A DNA stretch of 64,000 nt from Neocallimastix sp. 'constans' (taxonomy: Eukaryota), in NCBI GenBank assembly GCA_050613775.1, contig JBODTK010000138.1, forward strand, positions 372,001 through 436,000. The letters are read 5' to 3'. The position numbers were made by a program, and so were the translations under genes. Below the pieces are notes generated by a model. That model was not told where the DNA came from. It saw nothing but the letters and a program-made list of their open reading frames with translations, and searched no databases. Position 1 is the first letter of the stretch. Each line of letters starts with the position of its first letter. Below, piece after piece: positions 13,927 through 27,315 of the stretch.

Positions 13927-16900
13927 TTTTAGACAGGGAAGAGAATACACTTCCAAAACTTTATTAATTTTATTTTAAAAAATACATGTAGGTGAAAAGT
14001 ACATTTGAAATTAAAAATAAAAAATTTAAAAAATAAAAAAATAAAAAAGTTTCGAAAATACTATGTATTTCGGCAAGTTGTACTCTGCGGGAATTTTTAC
14101 CCTTCCTAACAAATAAAAAAAGAAATAAAACCTAGAAGTAACATCTTTAAAATAGATAGTGTGGTGTCCACTAGACTCTCCCCGGATTCATCATTTATTG
14201 AACCACTAGGGTGAGATTCACCCTTCGTAGAAATAGATGATGATCCTGTATTATCATTATGTCTTATCAGTACAACGTCGACGCTCTTGGTTAAGTTTGG
14301 TATTTTTACAATACCTATCAAATAATAGCTCAAACGAACTAACTTATGATAGGTATTGCACTTGTTAAGAATTCCGCCAAGCCCACAATTTTTGGAACAG
14401 GTGACTCAAATGAACCTTTGAAAAGTAGTTCATTTAATTGTCTCTGTTCCCCACTATCGAAATGTAGCTCATTTAAAACTAAAGTCCTACCAAGAAGGAA
14501 CAAGTATATATAATTATTGATATAATCTTCAAAATTAGAAATAGAGTCATAGGAAGAAAGAGGATTAAACTCTCTAATCTTCTTAAGGAATAAAACATAG
14601 AGATCATCGATGAAATTTAAAGAATTTTCCATCTAAAAGATGCAAGAACATCGCATTTAAAAAATCCAATGTTCAAAAGATTGTTTATCTTCGCCACAAC
14701 AGGGGCGAGACTTGGAACAATCTTCTGAAATTCTACCCATTCTAATAGCAATAGTAGTATTGTATTTATAACCACAGCGTAAACGTATAATCCACGAAAA
14801 CCCTAAGTTGAATTGGGGATATTTTAAGCTAAGCATAATTATAGCTTTATTGTTTGAGAACTTATTACTATCATAGTTTTGACCTTTAACACCTTGAAAT
14901 TTGGAAACTGATTTCCAGTAACGTTCTAAAATATCATCATATTTTTCACATTCATATTTTTTGATTTTTTTATACAGTGTTCTTGATTCTTTAGTCCAAG
15001 GAATAATAAGGCATTTTGAGAATAGATTTAATAAGATCCTTTATAATACAGTTTGATTTACTCCATTTTGCAAATGATTTAATCTGTAAAGGCTGCGCAT
15101 ATACCAGCAATAGGAGAAATGCTTAGATCTCGAGATAAAGCATAAGTATTCATAGTAAAATTATGTCTAATATAGTCATTGTTTTCTGAACTTGTTTTAC
15201 CATTTTTTTAGAGAAGGAGCCAATACATCAAAATAGACCGGTATTAATTAATGTTTGAATTCTGGCCGTTCTAGATTTATTTGAACCAAGTAAAGGAGAA
15301 TAATAAATTACTTTACTAATAACAAAGGACTGAAGACCTTTTTTCATGTATGCAATAGGAATAAGTTTATTTGAAAAGAAACGTGTAAATGAAAGAAGGA
15401 ATTTTCTAACTTTAAAATGCATGTGAGATATAATGTGCTCTAGTAAAGAGATCATCAGAAAAAGGAAATACCAAAATAAATATAACTAGAAACTTTAGGA
15501 ATAGCATTCATTCCTAAATAGAAGGTTTTGTCACTATAGTTTGGAGGAGATTGGAAGTTCATTGGTTTTATAACCATAGTTGCACATTTTTCAATACCAA
15601 AAGTCATTTCATTTAAATCAGACCATTTATTATGTACCTTTTTTAATAATTTTTTCTAAATTTTTTTTTTTCACTCGGAGCAATGAGAACAACATCATCA
15701 GAAAAGAGTCCACCACAACACTTTTTTTTCTTCCAATATTAACACCATACATTTCACAGTCATTTAGTATATCATTAATGAATAAATTGAATAAGATTGG
15801 AGATAATGGAAACAAACCTTGACGAACACCTCTTTTAATAGGAAATTCATTTGATAACTATTGAAGCAAGTTGAGCACGTGCTTTAGATGAAGTATATAA
15901 ATTACAAAGAAAATCAAAACATTTACCACGTACTCCATAATGATATAATTTAGTAAGAATGTTAAAAATAGGAACTGAATCATAAGCTTTTTTTAAGATC
16001 AAAAATGGCTAAATATGTGAATTTTCCTTGAAATTTTCTTCTTTGGCAAATTTCTCTAACGGAAATGAATAAACTAATGCATTCTTCACGGTTGCGAAAA
16101 CCAAATTGTTCAAGTCTAATGAAATTGTGTGAGAGTGCGTAAAGTAGATATTCTATCTGTTATAATTTTTGAAATGATTTTTCAGTCCAACATTAATGAG
16201 AGAAATACCTCGATAATTACTACAGTCTGTTAGGTCACCTTTCTTAGGGATTGATACAATAGAAGCAAGAGTTTCATTTTTTTAGGAAAGGACCCATTCC
16301 ATATTTTATTAAAAATCAATTTAAGACACTTTCCAGCGGGCAGGATGTGTTTCCAGTAATTCTTCATTGCAAAACAGAGCTTTGTAGAATTCAATCGGGA
16401 TATCATCGGGGTCGGTGATTCATAGATGAAATAGTTTTTTTTTTTTTTTAATATCTTCAATCATAATAGAACCGTTGATATTCCAGCTAGAGGATCTAAA
16501 ACTAATATTCCTTAAAGCATGAATCCAGAAGTTACGATTAAGGCTGTGACCTGAGGGATCAGAAGCTAGATCTTTATAATATTCAGCCCATCTATCCAAT
16601 TGTTTAGTAGGAGAGATAATATCTTGACCAAATTTTAGATTTTATGCAAGTAAGGGAGGTAGATGAATATGATGGTTTAGCCATTTTTTTTAAACATATC
16701 CAACCATTTTTGAAATCTTTATTCAAAAAATAATTACTTATTTCTACTACATTAGCCTTAAATCTAGCAGAACGAAATTTGCTCCTTGTTTTCTTGATTA
16801 ATTTGCAAAGTTTTTCATATTTATTAAATTGTTCAAGGTAATTATCAACATTTTCACAGTAAAAGTAAGGCTTAATATTTCGAAATGCAATATGTTTTTC

Positions 16901-18300
16901 ATGAGACAGTTTTTTTAATGTAATAAGGACAATGAAAAGCAGAGCCCTTTAAATTTGTTGGAATGAAAGCCTTAATATCTTTCCCGATATTATTTGCTGT
17001 ATTGATAAAATTTTCTACCATTTCATCAGCCGTAAGCGAATTGTAATGAGAATGGAGGTCATTTGCTAAGATTGAAAAATAATTATGTGATAAAATATCT
17101 GAATTTTTTGTTTTACAAATATGTGTAGACCATTTAGAGACTTTAGCAGGCCTTATAAAGCCATCCGAGAGAACTTTGATGCAAGAAAGTAAAATAAGTT
17201 TATGATCAGAAATACTGTAGAATGAAGTGCAAACCGAGGTTTTATTAATATGAGTTGCCAAAGCCTCATTATAGATGACATGGTCAATGCAAGATGATCT
17301 AGTATCTTTGGCATAAGTAAATTGATTACCATATAAGGAAGCAATATACCAATTAGGAAAATTATTTGAAATGTATGTTTTGATCTTCTTTAATGACATG
17401 TTAAAATCACCAACTAGGACAGCAGGAACGTTTTTTCTATTGTGAAAACATAACCATTGAGAAAGTTCATCAAAAGCAACTAGTCTTGCTTCCTTCCATT
17501 TGCTTTGAGGGAAGTACATATTACCAATAGTACATTTTTGATTCCAGAAGGAAGTAATATTTACAGAAATGATATATTTGTATAAAAACGGTTCATGGAA
17601 GAAAGAGAACGAAGAGTGAACACCAATAAAGAGTCCCCTCATACCAGGGGTTTTAGGATTAGCGATTAGCTCTAAGGAAAACTGAGTTGTAATATGGAAT
17701 TAATGGTGATGAAACATCTTTTGGAAGATATTTACTTATTCCAGTTTCTTGTAAACAGATACATATAGGTTTGAAAGTAAAGTTGAGATATAAAATACTA
17801 TCACGCTTTTCAGTATTCTAACCGTAAATATTCCAACTAACACAGAGATTAAAAAAAAGAAGAATTTAAATTTAGATGGCTAGAGAAAAAATCTTTCGCC
17901 ATAGGATTAAGATCAACATCAATGTTATTAGATTTTCTTGACTTGTTCATTTGTTTAAGTTTATTACACAAGGTCCAAGTAATTTTAACTGTTTCAGGAA
18001 TTTTATCTCTTAAGAAATTTTAAAACATCGAAAAATTTGAGATCATTTTTGTGTTTATTAACCCTAATAATGAAGTATGAGCCGTACCTTGGAGAAAAAA
18101 GTTTTTTAACATATGGAATAATTTCATTGTAGTTAGGGATCTTACTAATAACTTTAGCCATTAGATTGCTAGGGAACCAAGAATTAAGGTCATGGATAAA
18201 GATAAGGCTATAATTGTTCATATAATTACCGAAGCAGTAGAAACCACGATGGAAGGGAGTAGTATTAACTGAGCTAGAAGCATCCATGTTTAGAGTTTGA
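13927..18300 (-). mobile_element. Near full-length but decayed non-LTR retrotransposon (APE endonuclease - RT - CCHC)
   Basis: Across frameshifts: APE motifs CLQET, VLVGDFN, SCIDHV, SDHKLI (16899-17770); RT motifs NYRGISLIN, QFGFRNREEC, DLKKAYDSVP, RGVRQG..LSPILFNLFIND, GGLFSDDVVLIA, Y.YFGIPF; C-terminal CCGEDKQSFEHW..KC. The 3' end has AATAAA ~35 nt before an (AT)n run at 13902-13926. Confidence 0.9.
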
Positions 18301-18793
18301 TGATAACAGAACTGACTTAATTTTTATTTATTGTGAATTGATTATAAGGATTGTATACCAAAGAATTATATCTAAAATATTAACGTTTAAGTTTACTGAA
18401 TATAAAAGTTAATTGTTTCACATGAATTGAATTTCCTAAGATATATTAAAAAACAATATTAGTGGAAAAATTATTTATTCAATAAAATTTAATGTAAAAT
18501 AATATATTTATTTTAAGTAAAAATATTTTAAAAGGATATGAAAATTAAAAAAACCTAAAGTAAAAAATTTATATAGAGATATAAAGTAATATATAAAGAG
18601 ATAAATATATATATATAGTATAGAAAAATTTTAGAAATATAAGAGAAAAAAAAATAAAAACAATATTGTTAGTAGTATAGTGTAAAAAATTCTTTTGATT
18701 GAAAAATTGATTTAAAAAACTACAGTTATGATTTATATAAAAAGATAAAGATTGAATTTAAAATTGAAAAGTAATTTAGATTTTATTATTATA

Positions 18794-19430
18794 CTATTTG
18801 CTGATCCATTCCTTTTTTTTATAATTTAAATCTATTATGTCTGCATCCATTCCACCAAGAAGAAAGTTATATAATCGGTACCACATCACATATATATTTA
18901 CACACTCATTATTCAGAAAATTACTTAAATTACCACGATTTTCATCACCAATTGAACTATTCCCTAAATTAGAAGTAACGATATTATAATTTTCACTATT
19001 ACTGATATTAATAATTCTATTTTCACTATCACTATTTCTATTATTATTAACAATATTATTTCTATTGTTAATATTATTAATATTATATACTTCGTTACTA
19101 CTATCAGAATCAGAACTTTGTTCTATATTATTCATATCTGTGATAACAGTTTTTACATTACTATTAGATATTGGACAATATTTAGAAATAATAAAAAATA
19201 TTTCATAAAGAATTTCAATATTCTTAAAATATTTCATTCGAAATTCAGGGAAAAGATAGCCTTTAGAAAACCAATGTTCCAATCGAGGATTACTATTTTT
19301 TCTATAACAATAAGGACACCTTTCAGGACAGTCTTCTTCAATTATTTTGGTGGCTTTGGCAACACAAGCATCGTATTTATATCCACATCTGGCATGAAAG
19401 TACCCATCGGAAGCCAATGCTAAATTCAAT
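18794..19430 (-). mobile_element. LINE ORF C-terminal fragment from a different subfamily
   Basis: ORF contains ARCGYKYD..IIEEDCPERCPYCYRKNSNPRLEHWF..LYNFLLGG, paralleling RLRCGYKYN..ISEDC..CCG..FEHW..IYLFLLG of the main LINE; includes an Asn-rich insertion. Confidence 0.7.
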
Positions 19431-19679
19431 ATATTTATAATTTAGCTTAAGATACTCTCAAGTTTTTCTTAAAATTATTATTTTTTATAAGCCTTAGTTT
19501 TGATTGATTTTCCTGCCATATTCTTAATGCTGAAGGATTTCTTACTAAATCAATAAAAAAAATAACTCAAGAGAACTACTAATGATAGGTATTGTTCTTT
19601 TTTTAAAAAAAAAAAAAAGTGTAATATATGGAACAGTAGACTCCTATGAATGGTTTAAAAGTTGTTCCCTTAAATGTTC

Positions 19680-19905
19680 TCCGTTCTCCAGTATCGAATT
19701 GTAGCTCCCTAAACCTAAAATTCCAACCATGAAGAAATATGTAAATATATTTTTTGTTAAAATTTTCCTATTCTAGAATATTAGAATATGTTGAGAATAA
19801 GGAAAGAGCACTTTATAAAAAGGTCATTGATGAAATCTAAAAGATTCTCATCCATATAATGAAAAAGAAGAACTTTTGAATATCCAATGGATATTTGAAT
19901 GCTTA
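19680..19905 (-). mobile_element. LINE 3' fragment
   Basis: ataaaaaggtcattgatgaaat..gaaaaagaagaac is shared with 12845-12915; minus strand reads FKYPLDIQKFFFF, a degenerate HW.F.C region followed by NFIDDL-like residues. Confidence 0.55.
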
Positions 19906-20416
19906 TATTATTTACTTTTTTTTTTTTATTTTTAACGGCAGCAAACTTGTTTTAACTTTATTAATTAAATATATGATAAAATACATGTAATAAAAAGAAA
20001 AAAAAGAAAAAATAAACAAAAAAAAAAAAAAATAAACAAAAAAAAAAAAAAAAAAAAAAAAATAAACAAAAAAAAAAAAAAAAAAAAATAAAATAAATAA
20101 AATAAAATAATGGTATAATATATTCTAGTTTCATTTAATTAATATCTGTAAGACTTCACAAGGGTATTATTATACTGTAGTATAATAATTAATTTTGACT
20201 TTACAATGTTAATCATAATTTTAAGATACAAAATTATGATCTTCATTGGTTGCGCTAGTCCTGCTGGCCTGTCTTACTGTTTCTTCAACATTGACGCTCT
20301 TATTATTTACATTATATATTAATTAAACTATTTTAATGATTAAAAAATAAACGAAGAAAAAAAAAAAATAAATAAAAAAAATAAAAAATATATAATAAAT
20401 AATAAATAATAATCAC

Positions 20417-20453
<37 letters not shown>

Positions 20454-20823
20454 TTTTTTTTTTAAAAAAAAATTTTTTTTTTATTATTATTACTGATATT
20501 AATTACTACCATTAATATTATTATTATAATAATTGCTATTATTATTATTATTACTATTATTCTAATTAGATAAATTTTAAATCATTCATTCAATATTCAA
20601 CTATTTTTATTGTATAAAGAGATATAACTTTTATAGATTAATATATTATTAATGAAAAAAATTAAATAAATTAAATAAATATAATAATAATAAACTAAAG
20701 TTCTATAAACATAAATATTAAGAATTGAATTAAACTAAAAATTATAATAAATATCTATTTAAAAAAATAAATAATATAAAATAAACAAAAAAAAATTTTT
20801 TTTTTTTATTCTATTATTTAAAA

Positions 20824-22123
20824 TCATTGACAATTGGTATTACTACTTAAGGATGATCTACGAACATTTTGTGTTAACGGTTGATGTGGATATTGTGGTG
20901 GATTTGGTATGGTTTGACCTGTTTCATTATCATAACTATGAACACTTCCTAAGGAAGATCTACGAGAACTTTGAGATAATGGGCGTGGTGGATGTTGTGG
21001 TGGATTTGGGAAAGTAGTTGGAAGATTACCTTCATAATTTGGAATATTATTATTTGTTATAGGTTTTTGATAATTTTGATAAGAGTTTGGTTGATAAGTT
21101 TGTGATAGAGTATGGGATTCACTACTCAAACTACTCATAGAACTTGGATGATAAAGCGATGGTGGTTGAATTTGAACGGGTTGTGGTGGTGGTGGAATGT
21201 AAGTATTATAATTATCATTACAGCCAAGACTACTCATAGAAGGTCTTTGAAGTCTCTGTCCATAAGACATTGGATAATTAGCAAAATCATTGACAGGAGG
21301 AGGTATAGTCGATGAGACAGTAGAACCCATAGAAATTGGACGATCAGTATTAAAGAAATCAGGAACCGATGGACGATTAAAATATGGAGATTCGTTAAAG
21401 ATTTCTGACATTGGTTGATTACCATCTAATTTATTTTTGAAACGATCAGATGGCTATAATTATCATTAACAATTAAAACAAATGATGATAATTTCAATAA
21501 TTATATTATCATTAAAGATATTTATTAATATGTTCAATGTTAATGAAAATATTATAAAATAATATAAATAATAAAAATAATAAAATTTATTTATAAAAAA
21601 AAAAAATGTTAATAAAATAATAAATAAATTAAATATAATTCTTGTTTTAATATATATTTATATTAAAATTTTAAAAGTATATATATTTCATAAGATATTA
21701 CAAAAAAAAAAAAAAACTAATATATATATTATAATAAAAAATAATATATATATATATTATATATATTTATATTTATATACCTTAATAACATATTTTTTAA
21801 GAATAATAGTAGTTACTACATATAATACAAGACCTACACCGACGATAGAAGAAATAATGATACCATGATTATTTTTAGTATTTGAATTGTCCTTCGTATT
21901 AGTTTTTGAATTATCTATATTAGGACTAGTACTTCTGGAGGTATCTGTAGTTGGAGTACTACTACTATTATTGTTAGTGACAGTAGAATGGGAAGTATGT
22001 GAAGAAGAAGATTTGGTAATAGTAGATGTATTATTTATTTTTGAATTTAAGTCCGTGGATGGATTATTTTTGTTATTATTGCTATTGTCGATATCAGTAT
22101 TTGATGAACTATTATCCTTTTGA

Positions 22124-22163
<40 letters not shown>

Positions 22164-22491
22164 TTTTATTATTTGAATCGTTATTTGTATTGGTATTATC
22201 AGTATTATTATTTGTATGGTTAGAATTATTCTTAGAGTCATTATTGTTATTATTTGGATTATTATTGTTATCGATATTATCATTGTTGTTATTAGTATTA
22301 TCCTTATTAGGATTAGTATTGAAATTATCTGGGTTGGGTATTACAGGTACATTATCACCATTATTATCTTTAGGGTTGTGGTTTTTATCTATATCCGTAT
22401 GCCATGAAAATTCAAATCTTGGAACTAAATATCTTCCATCAATAATGGAAAAACATAAAACCATAAATATAAGAAAAGAATACAATTTCAT
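20824..22491 (-). CDS. Single-pass type I membrane protein: signal peptide, Asn/Ser/Thr-rich ectodomain, TM helix, Pro/Ser-rich cytoplasmic tail (2 exons: 22491-21781, 21453-20824)
   Basis: MKLYSFLIFMVLCFSIIDG signal; TM GIIISSIVGVGLVLYVVTTIIL followed by KK. Donor AAG|gtatat at 21780 and acceptor tag|CCA at 21454 join in frame to PSDRFKNKLDGNQP and then ORF 20824..21411. Confidence 0.8.
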
Positions 22492-23109
22492 TTTGAATAT
22501 CAATATTTATAATTCTAAATGAGAAATTTGAAAATATATATTATATATTATTATTTGAAAGTTGTTTTTTCTTTATCAATTTCTTTATTCTTTCCTTTGT
22601 CTTTATCCTTTTCTCCTTTTCTCCTTTTCTTTGTCTTTATATTTTTCCTAGTCTTTTTTCTTTTTCTTTTTTTTCTTCTTTTTCTTTGTGTGTCTTTTTC
22701 TTTTCTTTAAAATAACTCAAAGATTTCAAATTACTTGTTATTTTATTTTATTTTATTTTAATTTTTTTTTATAGCACTAATTTTATTTTGAAACTATTTT
22801 AAATAAATAAAGTTAAAATATTTTACTTGATAATAGACAATTATATATAAAATATATAAAATAATATAAAATAATATAAAATAATATATAATAAAATAAA
22901 ATAATAAAAACTTTTTAATCCAAGAAGTCTATATATATTTAAAGTATAAAGTAGACTATTTATTAATATTTAATCCTATTTAATTATTAATATATTCATA
23001 TTTAATCCTATTTGATATTTATTTGATATTTAATTAATCAATTGATTTATAAACTTTTTTTTTTTATGGTAATGTATTTATTTATATACTTATTTATTTA
23101 TTTACTTAC

Positions 23110-23168
<59 letters not shown>

Positions 23169-23470
23169 GTTATAATAGAAATAAAATTACCATATTTAGT
23201 AATAATAAAGTCTTTTTAAAGATTAAAGAAAAGGCAAAAATAAATATTAAAAATTTAATATTAAAAAAATTTTAATATTAAAAAATTTTATTTTGGAGAC
23301 CAAAAAAAAAAAAGAAAAAAAAGAAAAAAAAGAAAATATGATCATTTTATTTCTTATGAAAATAAAAAATATTATAAAATATTAATTAATTCAATTATTA
23401 GAAATTATAATAAAAAATGATATTCTCTAATCTACAACTACTCAAATTTATACTATTAGAAAAAAAAAAG

Positions 23471-23546
<76 letters not shown>

Positions 23547-24004
23547 GATGTTATATAATATTCAAAAAAAAAAAATAAAAAATAAAAAAAATTATAATTA
23601 TAAAAATTTATAAATATATATTTTTTAAGCAACCAATGAAATCATTCTTCTTTCCTATAACTTAAATTCATATTAAAATTATTAAGTGTAACCAGATAAC
23701 AAATATTTAATAAATAGATAAATAAATAAATAAATAGATAAATAAATAAATAGATAATTAATTGATTAATTAAATAAAATTACTAAATTAGTCAATATAT
23801 ATAAAAGGTAAAAAAAAAAAAAAAAAGATTAAAAATGCTAAGAAAAAAAAAATTCAATAAAAAATTTTTTATGATCAACTAATATGAAATAGCATGAAAT
23901 AGTATGAAATATTATATTATTTAGAGTTTATATACAAAAAAAAACAATGAAAAAAAATTCTATAAAAGAGAAATAAATTAACCTACTTAAAATAGAAATA
24001 CTAA

Positions 24005-24560
24005 TAAATTTATTATTCAATTATTTAATTATTATTTATTAATAAATACTCTTTTTATTATTTATTATTTATTATTTATTAATAAATACTCTTTTTATTA
24101 TTTATTATTTATTATTTATTAATCAATACTCTTTTTTATTATTTATTATTTATTAATAACTCTTTTTATTATTATTATTTATTATTTATTATTTATTATT
24201 TTTATTATTTATTATTTATTAATAAATACTCTTCTTATTATTATTTATTTATTATTTATTATTTATTATTTATTAATAAATACTCTTTTTATTATTTATT
24301 ATTTATTATTTATTATTTATTAATAAATACTCTTTTTATTATTCAATTATTTATTATTTATTAATAAATACTCTTTTTTATTATTTATTATTTTTTATTT
24401 ATTATTTATTAATAAATACTCTTTTTATTATTCAATTATTTATTATTTATTAATAAATACTCTTTTTTATTATTTATTATTTTTTATTTATTATTTAATT
24501 ATTGATTATTGATTATTTAATTATTTATTATTTAATTATTGATTATTGATTATTTAATCA
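24005..24560. repeat. AT-rich minisatellite, ~40-50 bp units with core attaataaatactcttttt
   Basis: About 9 recurrences of aataaatactctt separated by (tttatta)n; a single similar unit occurs near 48420-48440. Confidence 0.85.
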
Positions 24561-25729
24561 TTTATTATTTTTAACGTTAATTATTATTCCAATTATTACT
24601 ATTATTATTACTGTTATTCTAATTATTGTTAGGCATGTTCCTTAATCTTGATTTATTAAAATAAATTAAGATTTAGTTATTTTGTTAATATTTAATCTTA
24701 ATAATAATATTATTATTGAATTAAATTGTAATATAATGATACTATTTATCATTAATGGGCACAAATAAGTTTATCAATATTAATAATGATGATAGGATTT
24801 AAATTGTATTAAAACCATTAATTTTTTTTATTATTGTAAAAAAAAAAAAAAAAATCATCTATCATAATATTAATATTAGAATATAATATTATTTATTTAT
24901 TTATTTATTTTTTCTTTCATCTTATTAATTTGGATGAATTGTAAAAATTAATAAGAATTTTTTATGAATTAAAAAATTATATCATATTAATAAATATTTT
25001 TTTATAAATTAATCCATTAATCATCTTAATTACCTTTATTAATTAGGATTATTAAAATAAAATCTAATTGACGACTAATTAAATCAAATAATAAGAATAT
25101 TTTATGTCTCTATTCATATGCAAAATTTACTTATATTCACTTCTTATTGACATTTTACTAATAAAGATAAATTAATTATTTTATTATTATTATTTTTTTT
25201 TCTTCTTCTTATTAATGGTACATTAATAAGGATGATTTATTAATCATATAATGATCAGTTAACAAACATTAATTAATATTAAAAGTTAAAAACATAAATT
25301 TTTTTTTTTTTAATATGTAAATTTATATATAAACTTTATTTATAATTTCATTATTAATTAATAGTGTACAATAATTTGGGAAATTACATTTCTTTTACAG
25401 TATTTGCGTCTTGATAATAATGCAATGAAAAGGTTTGAAAGGTATAAAATAATTTATTAACAAATAACGAGAATTAATATTATAATGAATTTCAAACTTA
25501 AAATTTAAATTTAATAGATTTCAAAAATAGATTTCGCTAGGTTTTAACATTCCCCTGTCAAACTTTATTTTCTTATTTATTAAAAATTATATATTTGAGA
25601 ATTTTTAACATTTGAGGTCCAGAGGTGGATTTATATATATATATATATATATTGATTTCTCCTTCTAAATTGGAGTTCCTATATATGTAATTTTTTTTAT
25701 AATATTTAGTAGAATTTAAATATTTTTTA

Positions 25730-27029
25730 AAAAATATAGATATATTAATAACCTTTACTCCAATCGTAAAACTGTCGGATTTTCAGCATTCCTTGCCATC
25801 GAATTTACAGTAAATGATAGGTTGGATACGAACACATTTTAGCTAAAGTAAATTAGAGAGCACCTAAGGCAACTTTTGTGAGTTAGGTTAATTTTGTCAA
25901 AAGAATTATGATTTTTCATTAATGTGATCACCAGTACATGGTGTTTTAGCTTTACGTGTGTTGTTAACCTTAAATATTTGGAAAAAAAATATTGTTAATG
26001 TAATTTAGTTTGTGAGATAGAATAATTTAAAAATGATTGTTGTCGACTTTAATTCCAAGTAAATTAATTATAATTAATAGATTCACACCTTTGAAATTTT
26101 AAAATTTATCTATGATAGTTTTTAATCGTTTTATATATCTCTTTTAGAACCACTAGTGATCATCATTATCCTCTACGTAGATTCCAATGATACAGCTAAT
26201 ATTCCCATGTTGAAGTTTTTTTTTTTTTTTATTTTGAACATACATGACAAATACATGGTTCAGAGATTAATGGTTGGAAACCAATATTTCTAAAAAAAAA
26301 AAAAAAAAAAAAAAACGTAATAGTTTCTTTCCACTGTTTCTTCCTCTTTGTTTTAAATACGTAGAAAGAGCTCTGTTGTTTAATTTCCTATTACGTTTTT
26401 TTTTTTTTTCCATGATTTATGATCTCTTTGAAGGATGGTCTCATAAATGTTTTTTTTTTGTCGGGGGTTTTTTTTGCATTAAGGTAAGTAAGTAAGTTTT
26501 TATTTCTAATTGGAATATTTACCTTGTCTTTTAACAGGAAGATTGTTAAGTAACTACGTTTTTTCTATGTTTTATTTATTGTAATAGTTCCGTCTTCATC
26601 ATCAGCGATTCTTTTGTTAGCTTTGTTGGGATTTGTAAGGTTTTCTTTAATATACTGGATTTAATACATCAAACCAAAAAAAAATTTGTCTCAACAGGTT
26701 TGAGCTTATTGTAATTTTTTGATTAATTTAAATTTATTATTAGGTTAAAAAATCAATTTATTCATATGTATTTGAAAATAAAGTATTATTTTATTTTATT
26801 TTGCATTATTTTATTTGATTTTTTTTTTATAAATTTAATTATAAATTTTAATTAACAAAAAACACAAGGCAAAATATTTTTAATTTTTCCTAATGAAGTA
26901 ATCAAGCATCCTTGGACTTAGAATTTATCTATAATGTTTTTTTAATTTTTGGTCATGATCATCGTAAGTGTTTTTTTTTTTTTTTTTTTTTTATATTACG
27001 AATTTTCCTTTTAACTTCTTTAGTGATGC

Positions 27030-27065
<36 letters not shown>

Positions 27066-27186
27066 CGCTTGGGCTTTGGAATCCTTTAACCTTTTAGCAA
27101 TTTCAAAAAAATATGTTTGAATCATTTTTCCAACACCGTAACTTCAGTAAGCATAGTTATAACATCATTTGAGATATAATCCAAAG

Positions 27187-27219
<33 letters not shown>

Positions 27220-27315
27220 GATTCTAAGACAGAACTGACAGTGGGGGTACCAGTCTTCAAAGTTGTTCTTGTTGAGGCGTTCTTCTGAGTTGAATAGATC
27301 GTTGTTAATAGTCAT
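25730..27315 (-). mobile_element. Degenerate, internally deleted Ty1/Copia retrotransposon (gag N-terminus and RT remnant)
   Basis: From ATG 27315: MTINNDLFNSEERLNKNNFEDWYPTVSSVLESKK..LDYISND..KDSKAQA..ITKEVKRKIRN, fitting the Copia gag pattern LnxxNfxxW..L..K.L. At 25730-26185, across frameshifts: IYVED, LLGIKV, YSISQT, TRKAKTPCTGD, ALGAL.YLAK, SFTVNSMARNAENPT, typical of RVT_2. No LTRs identified. Confidence 0.75.

Noticed and set aside
21887..22710. Leu-, Ile- and Tyr-rich ORFs overlapping the membrane protein gene
   Set aside because: Alternate-frame translations of (AAT)n codons.
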